A stretch of DNA of 64,000 bases from an uncultured Gammaproteobacteria bacterium (GCA_938075585.1 CALJHG010000004.1:9311-73310), one strand, 5' to 3'. Shown: positions 51,005 through 63,658, counted from the first letter of the stretch. A program made the numbers and translations. The notes: a model not told the origin generated them from the sequence alone.

Positions 51005-52381
51005 ATGAGTACTCGTATCGAACGCGATAGTATGGGTGAACTTGCGGTCCCGTCGCAAGCATTGTATTCGGCCCAGACGCAACGGGCGGTGATGAACTTC
51101 CCTGTTAGCGGTTTAAGAATGCCGCTAAGCTTTGTTCGGTCTTTGCTACTAGCAAAATCTGCAGCTGCAAAGGCTAATGTGACACTCGATCAGATACCGG
51201 CGTCGATAGGGGAGTCCATATGTGACGCGGTTAAAACATTGTTAAAGTCTGATGATTTATTAGTGCATTTCCCTGTTGATGTTTTTCAAACTGGATCAGG
51301 TACTAGTTCTAATATGAATGCAAACGAGGTGCTGGCAACAATTTCTAGTGAGTTAGCTGGAGAAACTGTTAGCCCTAATGATCACATTAATTGCGGCCAG
51401 AGCAGTAACGATATCATTCCGAGCGTAATACATATTAGCTCGTCATTAGAAATCCACGAAAAGCTCCTGCCCGCTTTAGAGCATCTTGTAGACGTCATCA
51501 AAGTTAAGGCGCTAGAAGTTCAGGATTACGTGAAAACTGGACGTACTCATCTGATGGATGCGATGCCAGTCAGGCTTAGCCAAAGTCTCATGAGTTGGGC
51601 TTCTCAATTAGAGGAGCAAATCGAGGCTATCAAGCGACTTGAGAAGCCGCTTCACTGTCTAGCACAAGGGGGCACAGCGGTTGGGACAGGAATCAATGCA
51701 CATCCAAGCTTCGCGACCGAATTTAATAAAGAGCTGAGCAAATTAACAGAAATTTCATTCACGCCCGCGAGTAACTTTTTTAATTATATTGGTACGCAAG
51801 ATGTGGCAGTTTCCTTGTCAGGCCAATTAAAGTCTCTTGCCGTATCAATGATCAAAATTGCAAATGATTTGCGGTGGATGAATTCTGGTCCATTAGCTGG
51901 TCTAGGTGAGATTGAGCTAGAGGCGTTGCAGCCAGGGTCTTCGATCATGCCCGGCAAAGTAAATCCAGTTATTCCAGAAGCTGTGGCAATGGTTGGTGCT
52001 CAAGTTATCGGGAATGATGCCACCATTACTGTTGCTGGCCAGTCTGGAAATTTTGAGTTGAATGTTATGCTCCCAGTGATTGCTCATAATCTGCTCGAGA
52101 GCATTGCTATCCTCAGCTCAGTGAGTGTGTTACTTGCTGATAAAGCAGTCAAGACTTTCAAGGTAAATGAGGACAAACTTAAGGAGGCTCTTTCGAGAAA
52201 TCCAATTTTGGTTACCGCGCTTAATCCGATAATTGGTTACCTGAAGGCTGCGGAGATCGCAAAGACTGCTTATAGGGAGCGACGCCCCGTAATTGACGTT
52301 GCGGAGGAACTGACAGATCTTTCTAGGACGGAGTTGGAAAAGTTACTCGATCCTGAGAAGCTTACTAAGGGTGGAATTTAG
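51005..52381 (+). CDS. fumC: class II fumarate hydratase (fumarase/aspartase family)
   Basis: ERDSMGELAVPSQALYSAQTQRA, FQTGSGTSSNMNANEVLA, and the lyase signature GSSIMPGKVNP. Confidence 0.8.
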   Translation: MSTRIERDSMGELAVPSQALYSAQTQRAVMNFPVSGLRMPLSFVRSLLLAKSAAAKANVTLDQIPASIGESICDAVKTLLKSDDLLVHFPVDVFQTGSGTSSNMNANEVLATISSELAGETVSPNDHINCGQSSNDIIPSVIHISSSLEIHEKLLPALEHLVDVIKVKALEVQDYVKTGRTHLMDAMPVRLSQSLMSWASQLEEQIEAIKRLEKPLHCLAQGGTAVGTGINAHPSFATEFNKELSKLTEISFTPASNFFNYIGTQDVAVSLSGQLKSLAVSMIKIANDLRWMNSGPLAGLGEIELEALQPGSSIMPGKVNPVIPEAVAMVGAQVIGNDATITVAGQSGNFELNVMLPVIAHNLLESIAILSSVSVLLADKAVKTFKVNEDKLKEALSRNPILVTALNPIIGYLKAAEIAKTAYRERRPVIDVAEELTDLSRTELEKLLDPEKLTKGGI

Positions 52382-52422
52382 CTATTTCACTAGAATACCG
52401 CGCTATAAGAAATGATCCTGAT

Positions 52423-52460
52423 GGGCGCACCATTGTTGGCTGCTGCCCGTTTTGTTTGTT
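52423..52460 (+). terminator. candidate rho-independent terminator after fumC
   Basis: GGGCGC-acc...-GC(U)GCCC stem followed by GTTTTGTTTGTT. Confidence 0.35.
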
Positions 52461-52615
52461 GACCCCAGTAAACAGACATTTTGCAAAATTCTCTGGTTTA
52501 CAGCACTTCAATCGAGTGGAATAGAGTCGACAAAAATCAACACCATATAAAACACCAAACAATGTAAGTTACTGTTATTAAATGACTAAACGAGGGGCAA
52601 GTAGTATTGACCGTA

Positions 52616-54295
52616 CTATTCGTCGGTGACACATCCCTCTGATGCGGTTTTCACGGTATTAATGTACTTGAAGAGTGTACCTTTCGAGGCTTTGAAAGGA
52701 GGTGCTGTCCATTTCAGTTTTCGTTTTTCTATTTCTGCGGCATCTACCATAATATCAATTCTATTCTGCTCCCCGTCTAGAACTATTACATCTCCATTTT
52801 CTACTAAGGCTATCGCCCCTCCTTCTTGGGCTTCCGGAACTACATGCCCAATAATAAAACCGTGAGATCCTCCCGAGAAACGACCATCTGTTATTAAAGC
52901 GACATCTTCTCCTAAACCGGCCCCCATTATAGCAGACGTGGGGGTAAGCATTTCAGGCATCCCAGGTCCTCCCTTTGGTCCTTCGTATCTTATGATGATA
53001 ACGTCCCCTTTCTTGATCTCCTCGTTCTCTAAACCCCTTAGCATATCTTCTTCGCAGTCATATACTCGAGCGGGTCCCTCAAACCGCAGACCTTCTTTTC
53101 CTGTTATCTTTGCCACCGACCCACCTGGCGCTAAATTACCTTTAAGTATTCGAATGTGTCCTGTTGATTTTATCGGTTGTGACAAAGGCCGTATTATCTG
53201 CTGATTTGGTTCTAAACCTTTCAATGACACTAAATTGTCTTCTAAAGTACGGCCTGTAACCGTTAGGCACGAGCCATCAATAAGACCTTCATCAAGAAGT
53301 AGTTTAAGAACACCAGGGGTTCCACCTACCTTATGCAAATCTTCCATCACGTATTGGCCACTAGGCTTCAAGTCAGCCAGAAAAGGCACTCTATCACTTA
53401 CATTTTGAAAGTCATCGACGCTAAGAGGGATATCGACAGATCGAGCCATTGCGATAAGATGTATAACAGCATTCGTTGATCCGCCGAGTGCGGATACAAC
53501 GACCATCGCATTTTCGAACGCTGCGCGCGTCATAATATCACGAGGTTTGATATCTTCTTCTAACAGTTTTTTAATTGCTATTCCAGCTTGTTTACATTCT
53601 TCAAGCTTTTGCGGGTCTACGGCTGGCACGGAGGAACTGTATGGTAAGCTCATGCCCATAGCCTCAATCGCAGAGGCCATCGTATTCGCGGTATACATGC
53701 CTCCGCAAGCGCCGGCTCCAGGACACGCTTTACGCACAATTTCTCCCCGTTGTTCATCCGAAATAGTCCCAGCTAGGTATTCCCCATAGCTTTGAAAAGC
53801 AGAAACTATATCCAACGCCTTTCCTGCCGAGAAACCGGGCTTTATAGTTCCACCATAGATCATTAACGACGGCCGGTTAACCCTCCCCATCGCTATAAGA
53901 CAACCGGGCATATTTTTATCACACCCTGGAATAGAGATATTTGCGTCATACCATTGTCCGCCCATGACAGTCTCAATTGAGTCAGCAATGAGATCACGCG
54001 ATTGTAACGAAAAGCTCATACCTTCAGTACCCATAGACATACCGTCACTCACTCCAATAGTATTGAATTGTAGTCCGACTAAACCGGCTTCCTGAACGCC
54101 TTGCTTTACCTTTTCACCTAGGCTGAGTAGATGCATGTTACATGGGTTGCCTTCGTACCACATGCTTGCAATACCGACTTGCGCTTTATTCAGATCGCTT
54201 TTGGTCATACCGGTCGCATGTAGCATCGCCTGAGAGGCACCTTGCGCTCTGGGTTGGGTTATGCGCTCGCTAATTTTATTAAGTTTTTTTGTCAT
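52616..54295 (-). CDS. ilvD: dihydroxy-acid dehydratase
   Basis: 559 aa. CDKNMPG and SGGS ... HGF IlvD/EDD family motifs. Confidence 0.95.
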   Translation of the reverse strand: MTKKLNKISERITQPRAQGASQAMLHATGMTKSDLNKAQVGIASMWYEGNPCNMHLLSLGEKVKQGVQEAGLVGLQFNTIGVSDGMSMGTEGMSFSLQSRDLIADSIETVMGGQWYDANISIPGCDKNMPGCLIAMGRVNRPSLMIYGGTIKPGFSAGKALDIVSAFQSYGEYLAGTISDEQRGEIVRKACPGAGACGGMYTANTMASAIEAMGMSLPYSSSVPAVDPQKLEECKQAGIAIKKLLEEDIKPRDIMTRAAFENAMVVVSALGGSTNAVIHLIAMARSVDIPLSVDDFQNVSDRVPFLADLKPSGQYVMEDLHKVGGTPGVLKLLLDEGLIDGSCLTVTGRTLEDNLVSLKGLEPNQQIIRPLSQPIKSTGHIRILKGNLAPGGSVAKITGKEGLRFEGPARVYDCEEDMLRGLENEEIKKGDVIIIRYEGPKGGPGMPEMLTPTSAIMGAGLGEDVALITDGRFSGGSHGFIIGHVVPEAQEGGAIALVENGDVIVLDGEQNRIDIMVDAAEIEKRKLKWTAPPFKASKGTLFKYINTVKTASEGCVTDE

Positions 54296-54483
54296 TTTGC
54301 AGGCTCCCCAAGCTCAGTCCTATTAAAATAAAAATGGATCTAATGATACCGCTTAAGGTTAAAATGGTCGAAGGATTTTCGAGAGTTGGTCTGCTAAATT
54401 TATTTAAAAGGAATTTGTCGATCGATAAAAAGCCCTAAATAGGACAAAATATATTTAATGAAGATAATTGAAACAACTAATTA

Positions 54484-55821
54484 ATGATGGAAAATGGTAA
54501 ATTTTTTCAAGAAGCAGATGCTACTGTCTCTTTGTTAAGACAGGTGTCCCCTTATTTTTTGCAGCATCGCGATAGCCTGTTTGTTATTCATTTAGACGGC
54601 GGCGTGGTTGAACGTCCAATTCTTCAGAATTTAGTGCGCGATCTAATGTTGCTCTCCGCCGTGGGGATAAGAATTGTTGTTGTGTTTGGGGCAGAAAGTC
54701 AAATAGCGACTCGTTTTGGTGAGAATAATATTATCCCTCCAAAAGTGAAAGATTTTACAGTTTTCGATGCGAATTGTATGAAACATGTTAAAGAAGTCGT
54801 AGGGGCTATTCGACTTTCTATAGAATCAAGTTTTTCTTATGTTAGGGAAGGCGCGCCGATGCGAATGGGGGCAGCTGCTAAGATCAGTAGCGGCAATTTT
54901 GTTTTGGCAAAAGCTAAAGGAGTTATCGACGGTCAGGAAATGATGTTCAGCGGTGAGCTAAGGTCTTTAGACAATGAAGGGATATCTCAGCGTTTAGACC
55001 GAGGTGAAATCGTACTGGTGCCGCCAGTTGGACCTGGGTCTTCAGGAGAACTCTTTAATCTAGACTCTCGCTTGTTAGCATCTGAAATTGCGATTAAGTT
55101 TCAGTCGCATAAACTAATTTTTTTGCATGAGGAAGAGGAAATCTCTTACGACGGAAGCGTTGTAAGACAGATAGGCGTGAAGCAGGCCGAGTTAGCTCTA
55201 ACTACGAAACAAATTGAGGGAGAGTTAAGTAAATATTTGCCCATTGGTACTCGGTGCTGCCGTAAAGGAGTTGAAAGAGTTCATTTCATTAGTTATCTGA
55301 CTGATGGTGCGATATTGAGAGAACTTTTCACCCGTGATGGCGTAGGTACTATGCTTAGCGACGTTCCATTTGATAATTTGCGATCGGCGACGCGAACTGA
55401 TATTGCAGAAATTTTAGAATTGATCAAGCCGATGCAGGAACAAGGAATGCTACTAGGTCGGACCTACGACGATCTGCTCAAAGATTTGGATGATTTTGTA
55501 GTTATCGTTCGGGAAGGCATTGTTGTAGCGACTGCGGCTCTTCATCAACATGCGGAGCTTGGGCAGGGAGAAGTCGCGTGCGTGGCGGTCCACCATGATT
55601 ATCGCGGTGATGAATTTGGCGATATGTTACTGGGCGAATTGGAGTCGCGAGCCCGTATAAAAAATTTAAAAAACTTGTTTGTTTTAACTACGCATGCTGC
55701 AGATTGGTTTGAAGAGCGAGGATACTCCCTCGGGGTAAAAGCTGATTTACCGGAAGTAAGGCTTGAGACTTACAGTGATGAGAGAAACTCTACCGTATTG
55801 ATCAAAAGCATTAGTAATTGA
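54484..55821 (+). CDS. argA: amino-acid N-acetyltransferase (N-acetylglutamate synthase)
   Basis: 445 aa. Amino-acid kinase-like N-terminal domain plus a C-terminal GNAT domain, same length class as E. coli ArgA. Confidence 0.85.
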   Translation: MMENGKFFQEADATVSLLRQVSPYFLQHRDSLFVIHLDGGVVERPILQNLVRDLMLLSAVGIRIVVVFGAESQIATRFGENNIIPPKVKDFTVFDANCMKHVKEVVGAIRLSIESSFSYVREGAPMRMGAAAKISSGNFVLAKAKGVIDGQEMMFSGELRSLDNEGISQRLDRGEIVLVPPVGPGSSGELFNLDSRLLASEIAIKFQSHKLIFLHEEEEISYDGSVVRQIGVKQAELALTTKQIEGELSKYLPIGTRCCRKGVERVHFISYLTDGAILRELFTRDGVGTMLSDVPFDNLRSATRTDIAEILELIKPMQEQGMLLGRTYDDLLKDLDDFVVIVREGIVVATAALHQHAELGQGEVACVAVHHDYRGDEFGDMLLGELESRARIKNLKNLFVLTTHAADWFEERGYSLGVKADLPEVRLETYSDERNSTVLIKSISN

Positions 55822-56326
55822 TCTTGTCTTCAACACCGTGGCCTTGAAAAGGGATCAGCATCTTACGATCGAACTCAGTCACTATAGTTCCGTCAGATTT
55901 TTTCCCCCAGGTTCTGACTGTAACTATACCTGTATTTTGTCTGGATTTAGATTCACGTTTTGCTAGGACTTCTGACTCGGCGTATAACGTGTCTCCAACA
56001 AATACTGGAGCCGTTAACGATATTTGATTCCAACCGAGGTTAGCTATCGCTTTTTGGCTGATATCAGTTACAGTCATCCCAACAATCACAGCAATGGTGA
56101 AAGTGCTATTAACCAAAGGTTGGCCGAATTCTGACGCTTTAGCATATTCTGCGTCAAAATGAAGAGGATGGGTATTCATTGTAAGAAGAGTGAACCATTG
56201 ATTATCGGTTTCGGTTATTGTTCTACCCGGTCGATGTTCGTATTTATGCCCAACCTCGAATTCCTCGTAATATCGCCCAAACGTCTCACGAAACACGTCT
56301 TTACTTATTTCTTTAGGACTATGCAC
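55811..56326 (-). CDS. MaoC-like (R)-specific enoyl-CoA hydratase/dehydratase (hotdog fold)
   Basis: 171 aa. Hotdog-fold MaoC motifs (TITETDNQWFTLLTMNTHPLHFD). Confidence 0.75.
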   Translation of the reverse strand: MHSPKEISKDVFRETFGRYYEEFEVGHKYEHRPGRTITETDNQWFTLLTMNTHPLHFDAEYAKASEFGQPLVNSTFTIAVIVGMTVTDISQKAIANLGWNQISLTAPVFVGDTLYAESEVLAKRESKSRQNTGIVTVRTWGKKSDGTIVTEFDRKMLIPFQGHGVEDKINY

Positions 56327-56342
56327 TTCACACTCCCGACGG

Positions 56343-58604
56343 TTAGCTTACCGGTACAGCTGCGTTTTCCTTGATATCAATACTAATTTCATTTTTAACG
56401 AGTGAAATTAAAACGTGACCTCCCTTAACTAACTTTCCGAAAAGCAATTCTTCTGCGAGAGGCCTTTTAATTTTTTCTTGTATTAGTCTACTCATCGGCC
56501 TTGCACCCATTTGTGGGTCATAACCATTTTGAGTCAACCACCGTCTCGCTGGGTCATCGATTTCTATAGTAACCTTTTTCTCATCTAGCTGAGTCTCCAG
56601 TTCCACAATGAATTTGTCAACGACATGGTTTATCGTTTTTTCCTCAAGCGGGGAGAATTGGATTATTGCGTCGAGACGGTTACGAAACTCTGGACTGAAT
56701 AGCCTTTTGATTTCCCCAGTCACGTCAGCAGCATGGTCTTGTTCTGTAAAGCCCACTGAGTTTCTGCTCATTTTCTCCGCGCCAGCATTGGTAGTCATAA
56801 CTATTATTACGTTACGAAAATCAGCCTTTCTGCCATTCGCATCAGTGAGTGTGCCATGATCCATTATTTGGAGCATTATATTGAATACGTCAGGATGTGC
56901 TTTTTCCATCTCATCAAGTAAGACGACGGCATGTGGTTGCTTGGATATTGCTTCGGTTAGAAGTCCGCCGGTATCGTATCCAACGTAACCGGGTGGCGCT
57001 CCAATAAGACGGGAAACAGTATGTCGTTCCATGTATTCAGACATGTCAAATCGAATTAAATCGACGCCCAAGATTTTAGCCAGCTGCCGAGTGACTTCGG
57101 TTTTACCCACCCCAGTAGGACCGGCGAATAGGAAAGATCCGATTGGTTTATCAGTATTTCCTAGTCCGGAACGCGACATTTTAATCGCCGATCCAAGAGA
57201 AGAGATCGCTGTATCCTGACCAAATATAACCATCTTTAAATTACGTTCTAAATTTTTAAGCACATTGTGGTCAGAGGTAGAGACCGTCTTTGAAGGTATA
57301 CGTGCAATTTTGGCTACTATATCTTCGATCTCACCTACATTGATGGTTTTGCGCCTTTTACTCGGTGCGAGTATTTGCTGTCTTGCTCCCGCTTCATCGA
57401 TAATATCAATGGCTTTATCTGGCAAATGTCTATCATTAATGTACCGACTTGTTAGCTCTACAGCTGAGCGCAGGGCCTGGTTTGTATACCTGACGCTATG
57501 ATGCTCTTCGAATTTACTTTTAAGTCCCTGTAGGATCTTCACTGCTTCTTCTTCTGTGGGCTCACCAACATCTATTTTTTGAAACCTACGAGCAAGTGCC
57601 CTATCTTTCTCAAAAATACCTCTATATTCCTGATAAGTTGTAGAACCTATACATTTGAGCCCACCGGAGGCTAGCAACGGCTTGATAAGGTTAGAGGCGT
57701 CCATTGCGCCACCGGAGGCCGCACCCGCTCCAATAATAGTATGAATTTCATCGATAAATAGTATCGCACCATCTTCTTCATCCAGCTCAGTTAAAATAGC
57801 TTTGAGTCTTTTTTCAAAGTCTCCGCGATACTTAGTTCCTGCAAGTAAAGAGCCGAGATCAAGAGAGTAGATAATAGATTTAGCGATTACCTCTGGAATG
57901 TCTCCGTCAAATATTCTTTTTGCTAAACCTTCAGCAATCGCAGTTTTCCCCACTCCGGCCTCTCCAACGTACAGAGGATTGTTTTTTCTTCGTCGACAAA
58001 GTATTTGTATTGTTCTTTCAAGCTCTATTTGACGGCCTATTAAAGGATCTATTTTCCCTAACGCCGCCAGATCGTTGAGATTTGTCGTGTAAGACGCGAG
58101 CGCGCTCTTTTTCGATTCGCTAGGACTATTCTCTTCTTCTGTAGAAGCCGTCCCTTCATTATCTAAGTCTGAATCAGGCATATTTCCATGGGATATACAG
58201 TTGACTACATCCAGTCGAGTCACGTTCATCTCGTTGAGCAAATATACGGTATGTGATTCGCGCTCACCAAAGATAGCAACTAAAACATTGGCACCAGTCA
58301 CTTCTTTTTTACCCGACGATTGAACGTGAAACACGGCGCGCTGTAAGACTCGCTGGAACCCAAGAGTTGGCTGTGTATCTTTTTCTTCAATCTCAGGGAG
58401 TAATGACGAGTTCTCCTCAATAAATTTTTCGAGCTCATGTTCCAGCTTATTTAAATCAGCGTCGCATGCCAATAGAATATTCATGGCAGTCGGGTTGCTG
58501 ATTAGCGCAAGCATAAGATGCTCGACGGTCATAAATTCGTGACGATTTTCTCTGGCTACTTTGAACGCAGTGTTGAGGGTTGATTCTAGTTCTTTACTGA
58601 GCAC
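56343..58604 (-). CDS. clpA: ATP-dependent Clp protease ATP-binding subunit ClpA
   Basis: 753 aa. Two AAA+ modules ([16 protein letters not shown]), an N-terminal Clp-N repeat, and the adjacent upstream clpS. Confidence 0.95.
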   Translation of the reverse strand: MLSKELESTLNTAFKVARENRHEFMTVEHLMLALISNPTAMNILLACDADLNKLEHELEKFIEENSSLLPEIEEKDTQPTLGFQRVLQRAVFHVQSSGKKEVTGANVLVAIFGERESHTVYLLNEMNVTRLDVVNCISHGNMPDSDLDNEGTASTEEENSPSESKKSALASYTTNLNDLAALGKIDPLIGRQIELERTIQILCRRRKNNPLYVGEAGVGKTAIAEGLAKRIFDGDIPEVIAKSIIYSLDLGSLLAGTKYRGDFEKRLKAILTELDEEDGAILFIDEIHTIIGAGAASGGAMDASNLIKPLLASGGLKCIGSTTYQEYRGIFEKDRALARRFQKIDVGEPTEEEAVKILQGLKSKFEEHHSVRYTNQALRSAVELTSRYINDRHLPDKAIDIIDEAGARQQILAPSKRRKTINVGEIEDIVAKIARIPSKTVSTSDHNVLKNLERNLKMVIFGQDTAISSLGSAIKMSRSGLGNTDKPIGSFLFAGPTGVGKTEVTRQLAKILGVDLIRFDMSEYMERHTVSRLIGAPPGYVGYDTGGLLTEAISKQPHAVVLLDEMEKAHPDVFNIMLQIMDHGTLTDANGRKADFRNVIIVMTTNAGAEKMSRNSVGFTEQDHAADVTGEIKRLFSPEFRNRLDAIIQFSPLEEKTINHVVDKFIVELETQLDEKKVTIEIDDPARRWLTQNGYDPQMGARPMSRLIQEKIKRPLAEELLFGKLVKGGHVLISLVKNEISIDIKENAAVPVS

Positions 58605-58625
58605 TGTTCATTCCTTCTCTGTATA

Positions 58626-58946
58626 TTATGGTGCTAATTCGAGGGTACATAAAAGTGGATGTTCGTTCTCTTTAGAATATGAGTTCACTTGCATTACTTT
58701 TGTCTCGGCTATCTCGTGAGTGAAAACACCGCAAACGCCTTTGCCCTTTGTGTGTACTTCTAACATGACGTGTGTCGCTAGGCTCCGGTCGAGTTTGAAA
58801 AATTTTTCAAGTACATGTACGACAAACTCCATTGGCGTGTAGTCATCGTTTAACAGCATAACACTATACATGGGGGGTTTTTTTAACTTTGGTTTAGCAG
58901 ACTCAACGGCCAAGCCACCTTCGTCTTCGTTGCTATATTCTGACAT
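58626..58946 (-). CDS. clpS: ATP-dependent Clp protease adaptor ClpS
   Basis: 106 aa. Conserved [20 protein letters not shown]...[12 protein letters not shown]. Confidence 0.95.
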   Translation of the reverse strand: MSEYSNEDEGGLAVESAKPKLKKPPMYSVMLLNDDYTPMEFVVHVLEKFFKLDRSLATHVMLEVHTKGKGVCGVFTHEIAETKVMQVNSYSKENEHPLLCTLELAP

Positions 58947-59095
58947 TTTCTAACAAATTCCTAATAATGCTGTAAAAATCATATACTGTAACGACAAGTA
59001 CTGCGATAACTTTTGTTAATCTATTTTAGCAACAGATTTTCATACAATATTTATACGCTGAGTTAAATATTTCGGCTCAATTTCGCTCTCAACTC

Positions 59096-59124
59096 TTGAC
59101 AAATGGTGCAGTGCAACGTATTTT
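59096..59124 (+). promoter_or_regulatory. candidate sigma70 promoter for aceB-aceA
   Basis: TTGACA (59096-59101), 17-nt spacer, TATTTT (59119-59124), about 145 nt upstream of the aceB start. Confidence 0.35.
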
Positions 59125-59269
59125 ATGCGGGCAAATTTCAGGATAAAATTTTTCACAGCCTCGGATGTCCGGTTATTGTCGCTCAACTCTCAGGGAATGC
59201 AAACCTTAAGTTAAGGAGAGCTTAGATTGCGATTTTCTTACGTTGACGTTGTGTTAAAGAATATGACAA

Positions 59270-60859
59270 GTGAGACACAAAATGGGGTGTGACCTTAAAC
59301 TAATTGCTGGGCTGCAGAACACTTATGAGTCCATATTAACGCCGGATTCAATGGGCTTTTTGAGTGCGCTATTCAATAAGTTTGACGCTGATGTTGACAG
59401 GTTGTTGGACAGACGCGCTGACCGTCAAAAAAAGTTGGATGGTGGCGAATTACCTGACTTTCTGAGTGAGACAGCAGGTATTCGTCAATCTGATTGGAAA
59501 GTTGCTGAGATACCCCCGGCCCTCCGAGATAGGCGCGTTGAAATCACGGGTCCGGTAGATCGTAAAATGGTTATTAATGCGCTTAACTCCGGCGCAAATA
59601 CGTATATGGCTGACTTCGAAGATTCCTCCAGTCCTACGTGGTCCGTGATGATGGACGGTCAAGTGAATTTACGAGACGCGGTTTCAGGAACTATTAGCTT
59701 CACCAATGATTCCGGGAAAGAGTATCGATTGAATTCCGAAACCTCGGTACTTTTAGTTCGTCCCAGAGGCTGGCATTTGAAAGAAAAACATTTGGATTTT
59801 GGGGGCAAGGCTCCATCCGCTGCCCTAGTTGACTTTGGATTATTCCTTTTCCATAACGCAGAAAAGTTGTTGGCTAAAGGTGTTGGTCCGTATTTCTATC
59901 TTCCAAAAATGGAAAGTCATTTAGAGGCTCGCCTTTGGAATGAAGTATTTAATTTCTCCCAAGACTATTTAGGTATACCAAGAGGCAGTATCAGAGCGAC
60001 AGTTTTAATTGAAACTACACCGGCCGCGTTCGAGATGGATGAGATATTATGGGAACTGAGGGAACATTCTGCTGGTCTAAACTGCGGTCGGTGGGATTAT
60101 ATTTTCAGTTTCATTAAATGTTTTAGAAACCACCCTAACTTTGTCCTGCCTAACAGAAGCGAAGTGGGCATGACGGAACACTTCTTAAGTTCTTACTCCC
60201 AATTATTAATCAAAACCTGTCATCGACGAGGTATTCATGCAATGGGTGGCATGGCAGCTCAAATACCGATTAAGAATGATGAGGACGCCAATAATACAGC
60301 CTTCGAAAAAGTGCGCTCAGATAAAGAAAGAGAGGCTAAAAATGGTCACGATGGCACTTGGGTCGCCCATCCGGGCTTAATACCAGTCGCAAAAGATGTC
60401 TTCGATGCGTATATGCCAAATGCTAATCAAATAGATAAAACTCGGTCTGATGTTGCAGTATCACAATCGGATTTACTCCGAGTGCCTGTCGGAACTATTT
60501 CAATTGACGGTTTGGAAGCAAACATCACGGCTGCTCTACATTACACTGAGCAGTGGATTTCGGGTTTGGGTTGTGTCCCTCTAAATAATCTAATGGAAGA
60601 CGCTGCGACTGCAGAGATCTCCCGTGCCCAAATTTGGCAATGGATCCACCACGAGAGGGGAGTTACTAATGATGGACAAAAAATTAATGAAGACCTATTC
60701 AAGTTGTTACTTAATGACGAGTTGGTGAAGATAAAGACAGCTTTAGGAGACTCTTATACAAATACGCGATTTACTGAAGCTGCGGAATTGATTGCGCGGA
60801 TTGTTACTGATAAACAATTAGCTGATTTCCTTACATTAGAGGCCTACAGCCTTATTTAA
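59270..60859 (+). CDS. aceB: malate synthase A
   Basis: [32 protein letters not shown] matches E. coli AceB. About 529 aa. GTG start at 59270, with an alternative ATG at 59282. Confidence 0.9.
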   Translation: MRHKMGCDLKLIAGLQNTYESILTPDSMGFLSALFNKFDADVDRLLDRRADRQKKLDGGELPDFLSETAGIRQSDWKVAEIPPALRDRRVEITGPVDRKMVINALNSGANTYMADFEDSSSPTWSVMMDGQVNLRDAVSGTISFTNDSGKEYRLNSETSVLLVRPRGWHLKEKHLDFGGKAPSAALVDFGLFLFHNAEKLLAKGVGPYFYLPKMESHLEARLWNEVFNFSQDYLGIPRGSIRATVLIETTPAAFEMDEILWELREHSAGLNCGRWDYIFSFIKCFRNHPNFVLPNRSEVGMTEHFLSSYSQLLIKTCHRRGIHAMGGMAAQIPIKNDEDANNTAFEKVRSDKEREAKNGHDGTWVAHPGLIPVAKDVFDAYMPNANQIDKTRSDVAVSQSDLLRVPVGTISIDGLEANITAALHYTEQWISGLGCVPLNNLMEDAATAEISRAQIWQWIHHERGVTNDGQKINEDLFKLLLNDELVKIKTALGDSYTNTRFTEAAELIARIVTDKQLADFLTLEAYSLI

Positions 60860-60879
60860 TATTTAGTTGGAGAATATAC

Positions 60880-62166
60880 ATGTCATCGTTTGAAGAGCAG
60901 GCCGCACAATTAGAATTGGATTGGAGTGAAAACTCTCGATGGAAAGGGGTTACTCGTCCTTATAGTGCCGCGGATGTGGTACGACTTCGTGGCAGTGTCG
61001 GAATAGAGCACACGTTGGCTACCCGAGGAGCGCACAAGTTATGGGAACTCGTTAATACTGAGGATTTCGTTCCGTGCTTAGGTGCACTGACGGGTGGGCA
61101 GGCTGTTCAACAGGTGAAAGCTGGAATTAAAGCAATTTATTTATCCGGCTGGCAAGTTGCTGCTGACGGCAATACCTCTAAAACTATGTACCCAGATCAA
61201 TCTTTATACGCGGTCGACTCAGTGCCTACAATGGTTAAAAGAATAAATAATGCCTTTAGTCGAGCAGATCAAATTCAATGGCACAAAGGCGGAAGTGAAA
61301 TAGACTTTTTCGCTCCCATTGTGGCGGATGCTGAGGCAGGCTTTGGTGGTGTTTTAAACGCTTTTGAGTTAATGACTGCAATGATCGAGGCTGGAGCTGC
61401 TGGAGTACATTTCGAGGATCAGCTGGCCTCTGCAAAAAAATGTGGTCATATGGGCGGTAAGGTTCTGGTGCCGACTCAAGAGGCAGTACAAAAGTTGGTT
61501 GCCGCGAGACTTGCGGCCGACGTTGCGGGAGTTCCCACTATAGTTTTGGCGAGGACGGATGCGAATGCCGCTGCATTGCTAACTAGTGATGTAGACAGCA
61601 ATGATCATAAATTCCTTACTGGTGATAGAACGCCTGAAGGCTTTTATGTAACGAATGCCGGTATTGATCAGGCGATTGCTCGAGGGTTAGCCTATGCGCC
61701 TTATGCGGATCTGATTTGGTGTGAGACTGCAGTGCCGGATATGGAAGAGGCTCGCCAATTTGCTGAAGCGGTCAAAAAGGAGTACCCCGATCAACTCTTG
61801 GCCTACAATTGTTCGCCGTCATTTAACTGGAAGAAAAACCTTGATGATGCCTCGATTGCTAAATTTCAGCGAGAGTTAGGCGCAATGGGATATAAGTATC
61901 AGTTCATTACACTCGCGGGTATACATAACATGTGGTACAACATGTTCGATTTGGCAAGTCACTATGTGAAAGATGGAATGACAGCGTACGTCGAAATGGT
62001 TCAAGAAAAAGAATTTTCGGCAGCTGATCGTGGATACACTTTTGCTAGTCACCAACAAGAGGTCGGCGCAGGGTATTTCGATGACGTAACTACCGTTATC
62101 CAAGGCGGGCAATCGTCTGTTACTGCTCTGACCGGCTCTACCGAAGAAGAGCAGTTCGACCAATAA
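60880..62166 (+). CDS. aceA: isocitrate lyase
   Basis: ICL signature [13 protein letters not shown]. 428 aa. Confidence 0.95.
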   Translation: MSSFEEQAAQLELDWSENSRWKGVTRPYSAADVVRLRGSVGIEHTLATRGAHKLWELVNTEDFVPCLGALTGGQAVQQVKAGIKAIYLSGWQVAADGNTSKTMYPDQSLYAVDSVPTMVKRINNAFSRADQIQWHKGGSEIDFFAPIVADAEAGFGGVLNAFELMTAMIEAGAAGVHFEDQLASAKKCGHMGGKVLVPTQEAVQKLVAARLAADVAGVPTIVLARTDANAAALLTSDVDSNDHKFLTGDRTPEGFYVTNAGIDQAIARGLAYAPYADLIWCETAVPDMEEARQFAEAVKKEYPDQLLAYNCSPSFNWKKNLDDASIAKFQRELGAMGYKYQFITLAGIHNMWYNMFDLASHYVKDGMTAYVEMVQEKEFSAADRGYTFASHQQEVGAGYFDDVTTVIQGGQSSVTALTGSTEEEQFDQ

Positions 62167-62180
62167 GCCCTAGTTAGCCT

Positions 62181-63314
62181 TTACTTCAGCATCCTTGAAA
62201 GGATGCTGAAGTATAGGTCTTTTAGTTCGACTATTTCGGTTAATACGATATTTTCATTTACTTTGTGAATGGAATTGTTGAGCGGCCCTAACTCGATTAA
62301 TTCCGTCCCTAACGGTGCGATAAATCTTCCGTCAGATGTTCCGCCTCCGGTAGAAAGCTCTGTTTCAATATTTAATCTGTCGCGAATTGCCGCCTTCACG
62401 TTTTCAGTCAGCCTGCCTTCGGCGGTTAAAAACGGATTCCCAGATAATCGCCAATTAATTTCATAGTCCAGAGAGTATTTGTCAAAAATTTGTCGGGTGA
62501 TCTGTTTTAGTGATTCAGCAGTGTGCTCGGTTGAAAATCTAAAATTAAATTGACATTCCATCGTACCGGGTATGACATTTTCCGTACCAGCCCCCGCCCT
62601 TAAATTAGAAATTTGCATTGAGGTGGGGGGGTAATACTCGTTTCCGGCATCCCATTCATAGGTCGCAAGCTCATCAAGTGCAGGTAAGGCATGATGAATA
62701 GGATTTTTTGCGTCGGTAGGATAGGCGACGTGCCCTTCGATTCCTCTCACCCTTAACACAGCATTAAGCGAGCCTCTCCGACCAATTCTGATTGTATCGC
62801 CTAGATTAGCTTTGCTACTTGGTTCACCTACAATACAATAGTCGATTCTTATGTCGGTTTCGTTTTTAATATGTTCGACAATCCTAATTGTCCCATCTGT
62901 GGCAACGCCTTCTTCATCAGAAGTAAGTAAAAATACTATTTTGCCAGTGCTATCAGGGTACTTGGAGGTAAATTCTTCTACTGCGACGACCATAGCCGCA
63001 AGACTCGCTTTCATGTCAGCTGCTCCGCGTCCATATAGACGTTCATTTCTTATGGTTGGTTCGAACGGGGGTGACGTCCAGTCTGTTATATCGCCGGGAG
63101 GTACCACATCGGTATGGCCAGCAAACGCAAAACATGGCGCGCCTGAACCTTTTGTCGCTAGTAAATTTCTAACATTATTTGCATTTATAGGAGTCAACTG
63201 GAAACCACAGGCTTCCAATCGGGAACCTATTATTTCCAGGCACCCCTCGTCTTTGGGTGTGATTGACTGACGTCTTATCAACTCCATCGTTAGTTCTAGG
63301 ACTTTATTTTTCAT
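62181..63314 (-). CDS. dapE: succinyl-diaminopimelate desuccinylase
   Basis: 377 aa. M20 peptidase motifs (GHTDVVP, SDEEG) and a DapE-like N-terminus MKNKVLELTMELIRRQSITP. Confidence 0.9.
   Translation of the reverse strand: MKNKVLELTMELIRRQSITPKDEGCLEIIGSRLEACGFQLTPINANNVRNLLATKGSGAPCFAFAGHTDVVPPGDITDWTSPPFEPTIRNERLYGRGAADMKASLAAMVVAVEEFTSKYPDSTGKIVFLLTSDEEGVATDGTIRIVEHIKNETDIRIDYCIVGEPSSKANLGDTIRIGRRGSLNAVLRVRGIEGHVAYPTDAKNPIHHALPALDELATYEWDAGNEYYPPTSMQISNLRAGAGTENVIPGTMECQFNFRFSTEHTAESLKQITRQIFDKYSLDYEINWRLSGNPFLTAEGRLTENVKAAIRDRLNIETELSTGGGTSDGRFIAPLGTELIELGPLNNSIHKVNENIVLTEIVELKDLYFSILSRMLK
62184..62211. terminator. bidirectional rho-independent terminator between aceA and convergent dapE
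   Basis: Perfect 12-bp inverted repeat CTTCAGCATCCT-tgaa-AGGATGCTGAAG, then a T-rich tract. It overlaps the last codons of dapE. Confidence 0.5.
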
Positions 63315-63352
63315 AGATTTTATATATTTTTTCAGGTTCGATTGCGGTATGT

Positions 63353-63658
63353 CTATGGAATGTGAGTCTCGATGCTTAAGGCATGAATATCAGTTTCCAT
63401 CAGACTGGCCAAGGCACCATACACTAATTTGTGGCGCTCGATCAGACTTATACCTTCAAATTGATGGGTACTTATAACTACTTTAAAGTGCCCTTTTCCT
63501 TCACGAGATCCAGCATGACCGACATGCAAATGGCTCTCGTCGACTATTTTTAATGAGTCTGGGGACAATTCGGTTTCCAAGCGTTTCTGAATCAGCTCAA
63601 CTCTCTGCGACGCCATGTTGCTATTGCTCAAAATACTAACTTCCTTAACTTCGAACAC
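63353..63658 (-). CDS. BolA-family protein
   Basis: IVDESHLHVGHAGS..GHFKVVISTHQFEG...ERHKLVYGAL...IHALSIET pattern of the BolA/YrbA family. Confidence 0.75.
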   Translation of the reverse strand: MFEVKEVSILSNSNMASQRVELIQKRLETELSPDSLKIVDESHLHVGHAGSREGKGHFKVVISTHQFEGISLIERHKLVYGALASLMETDIHALSIETHIP

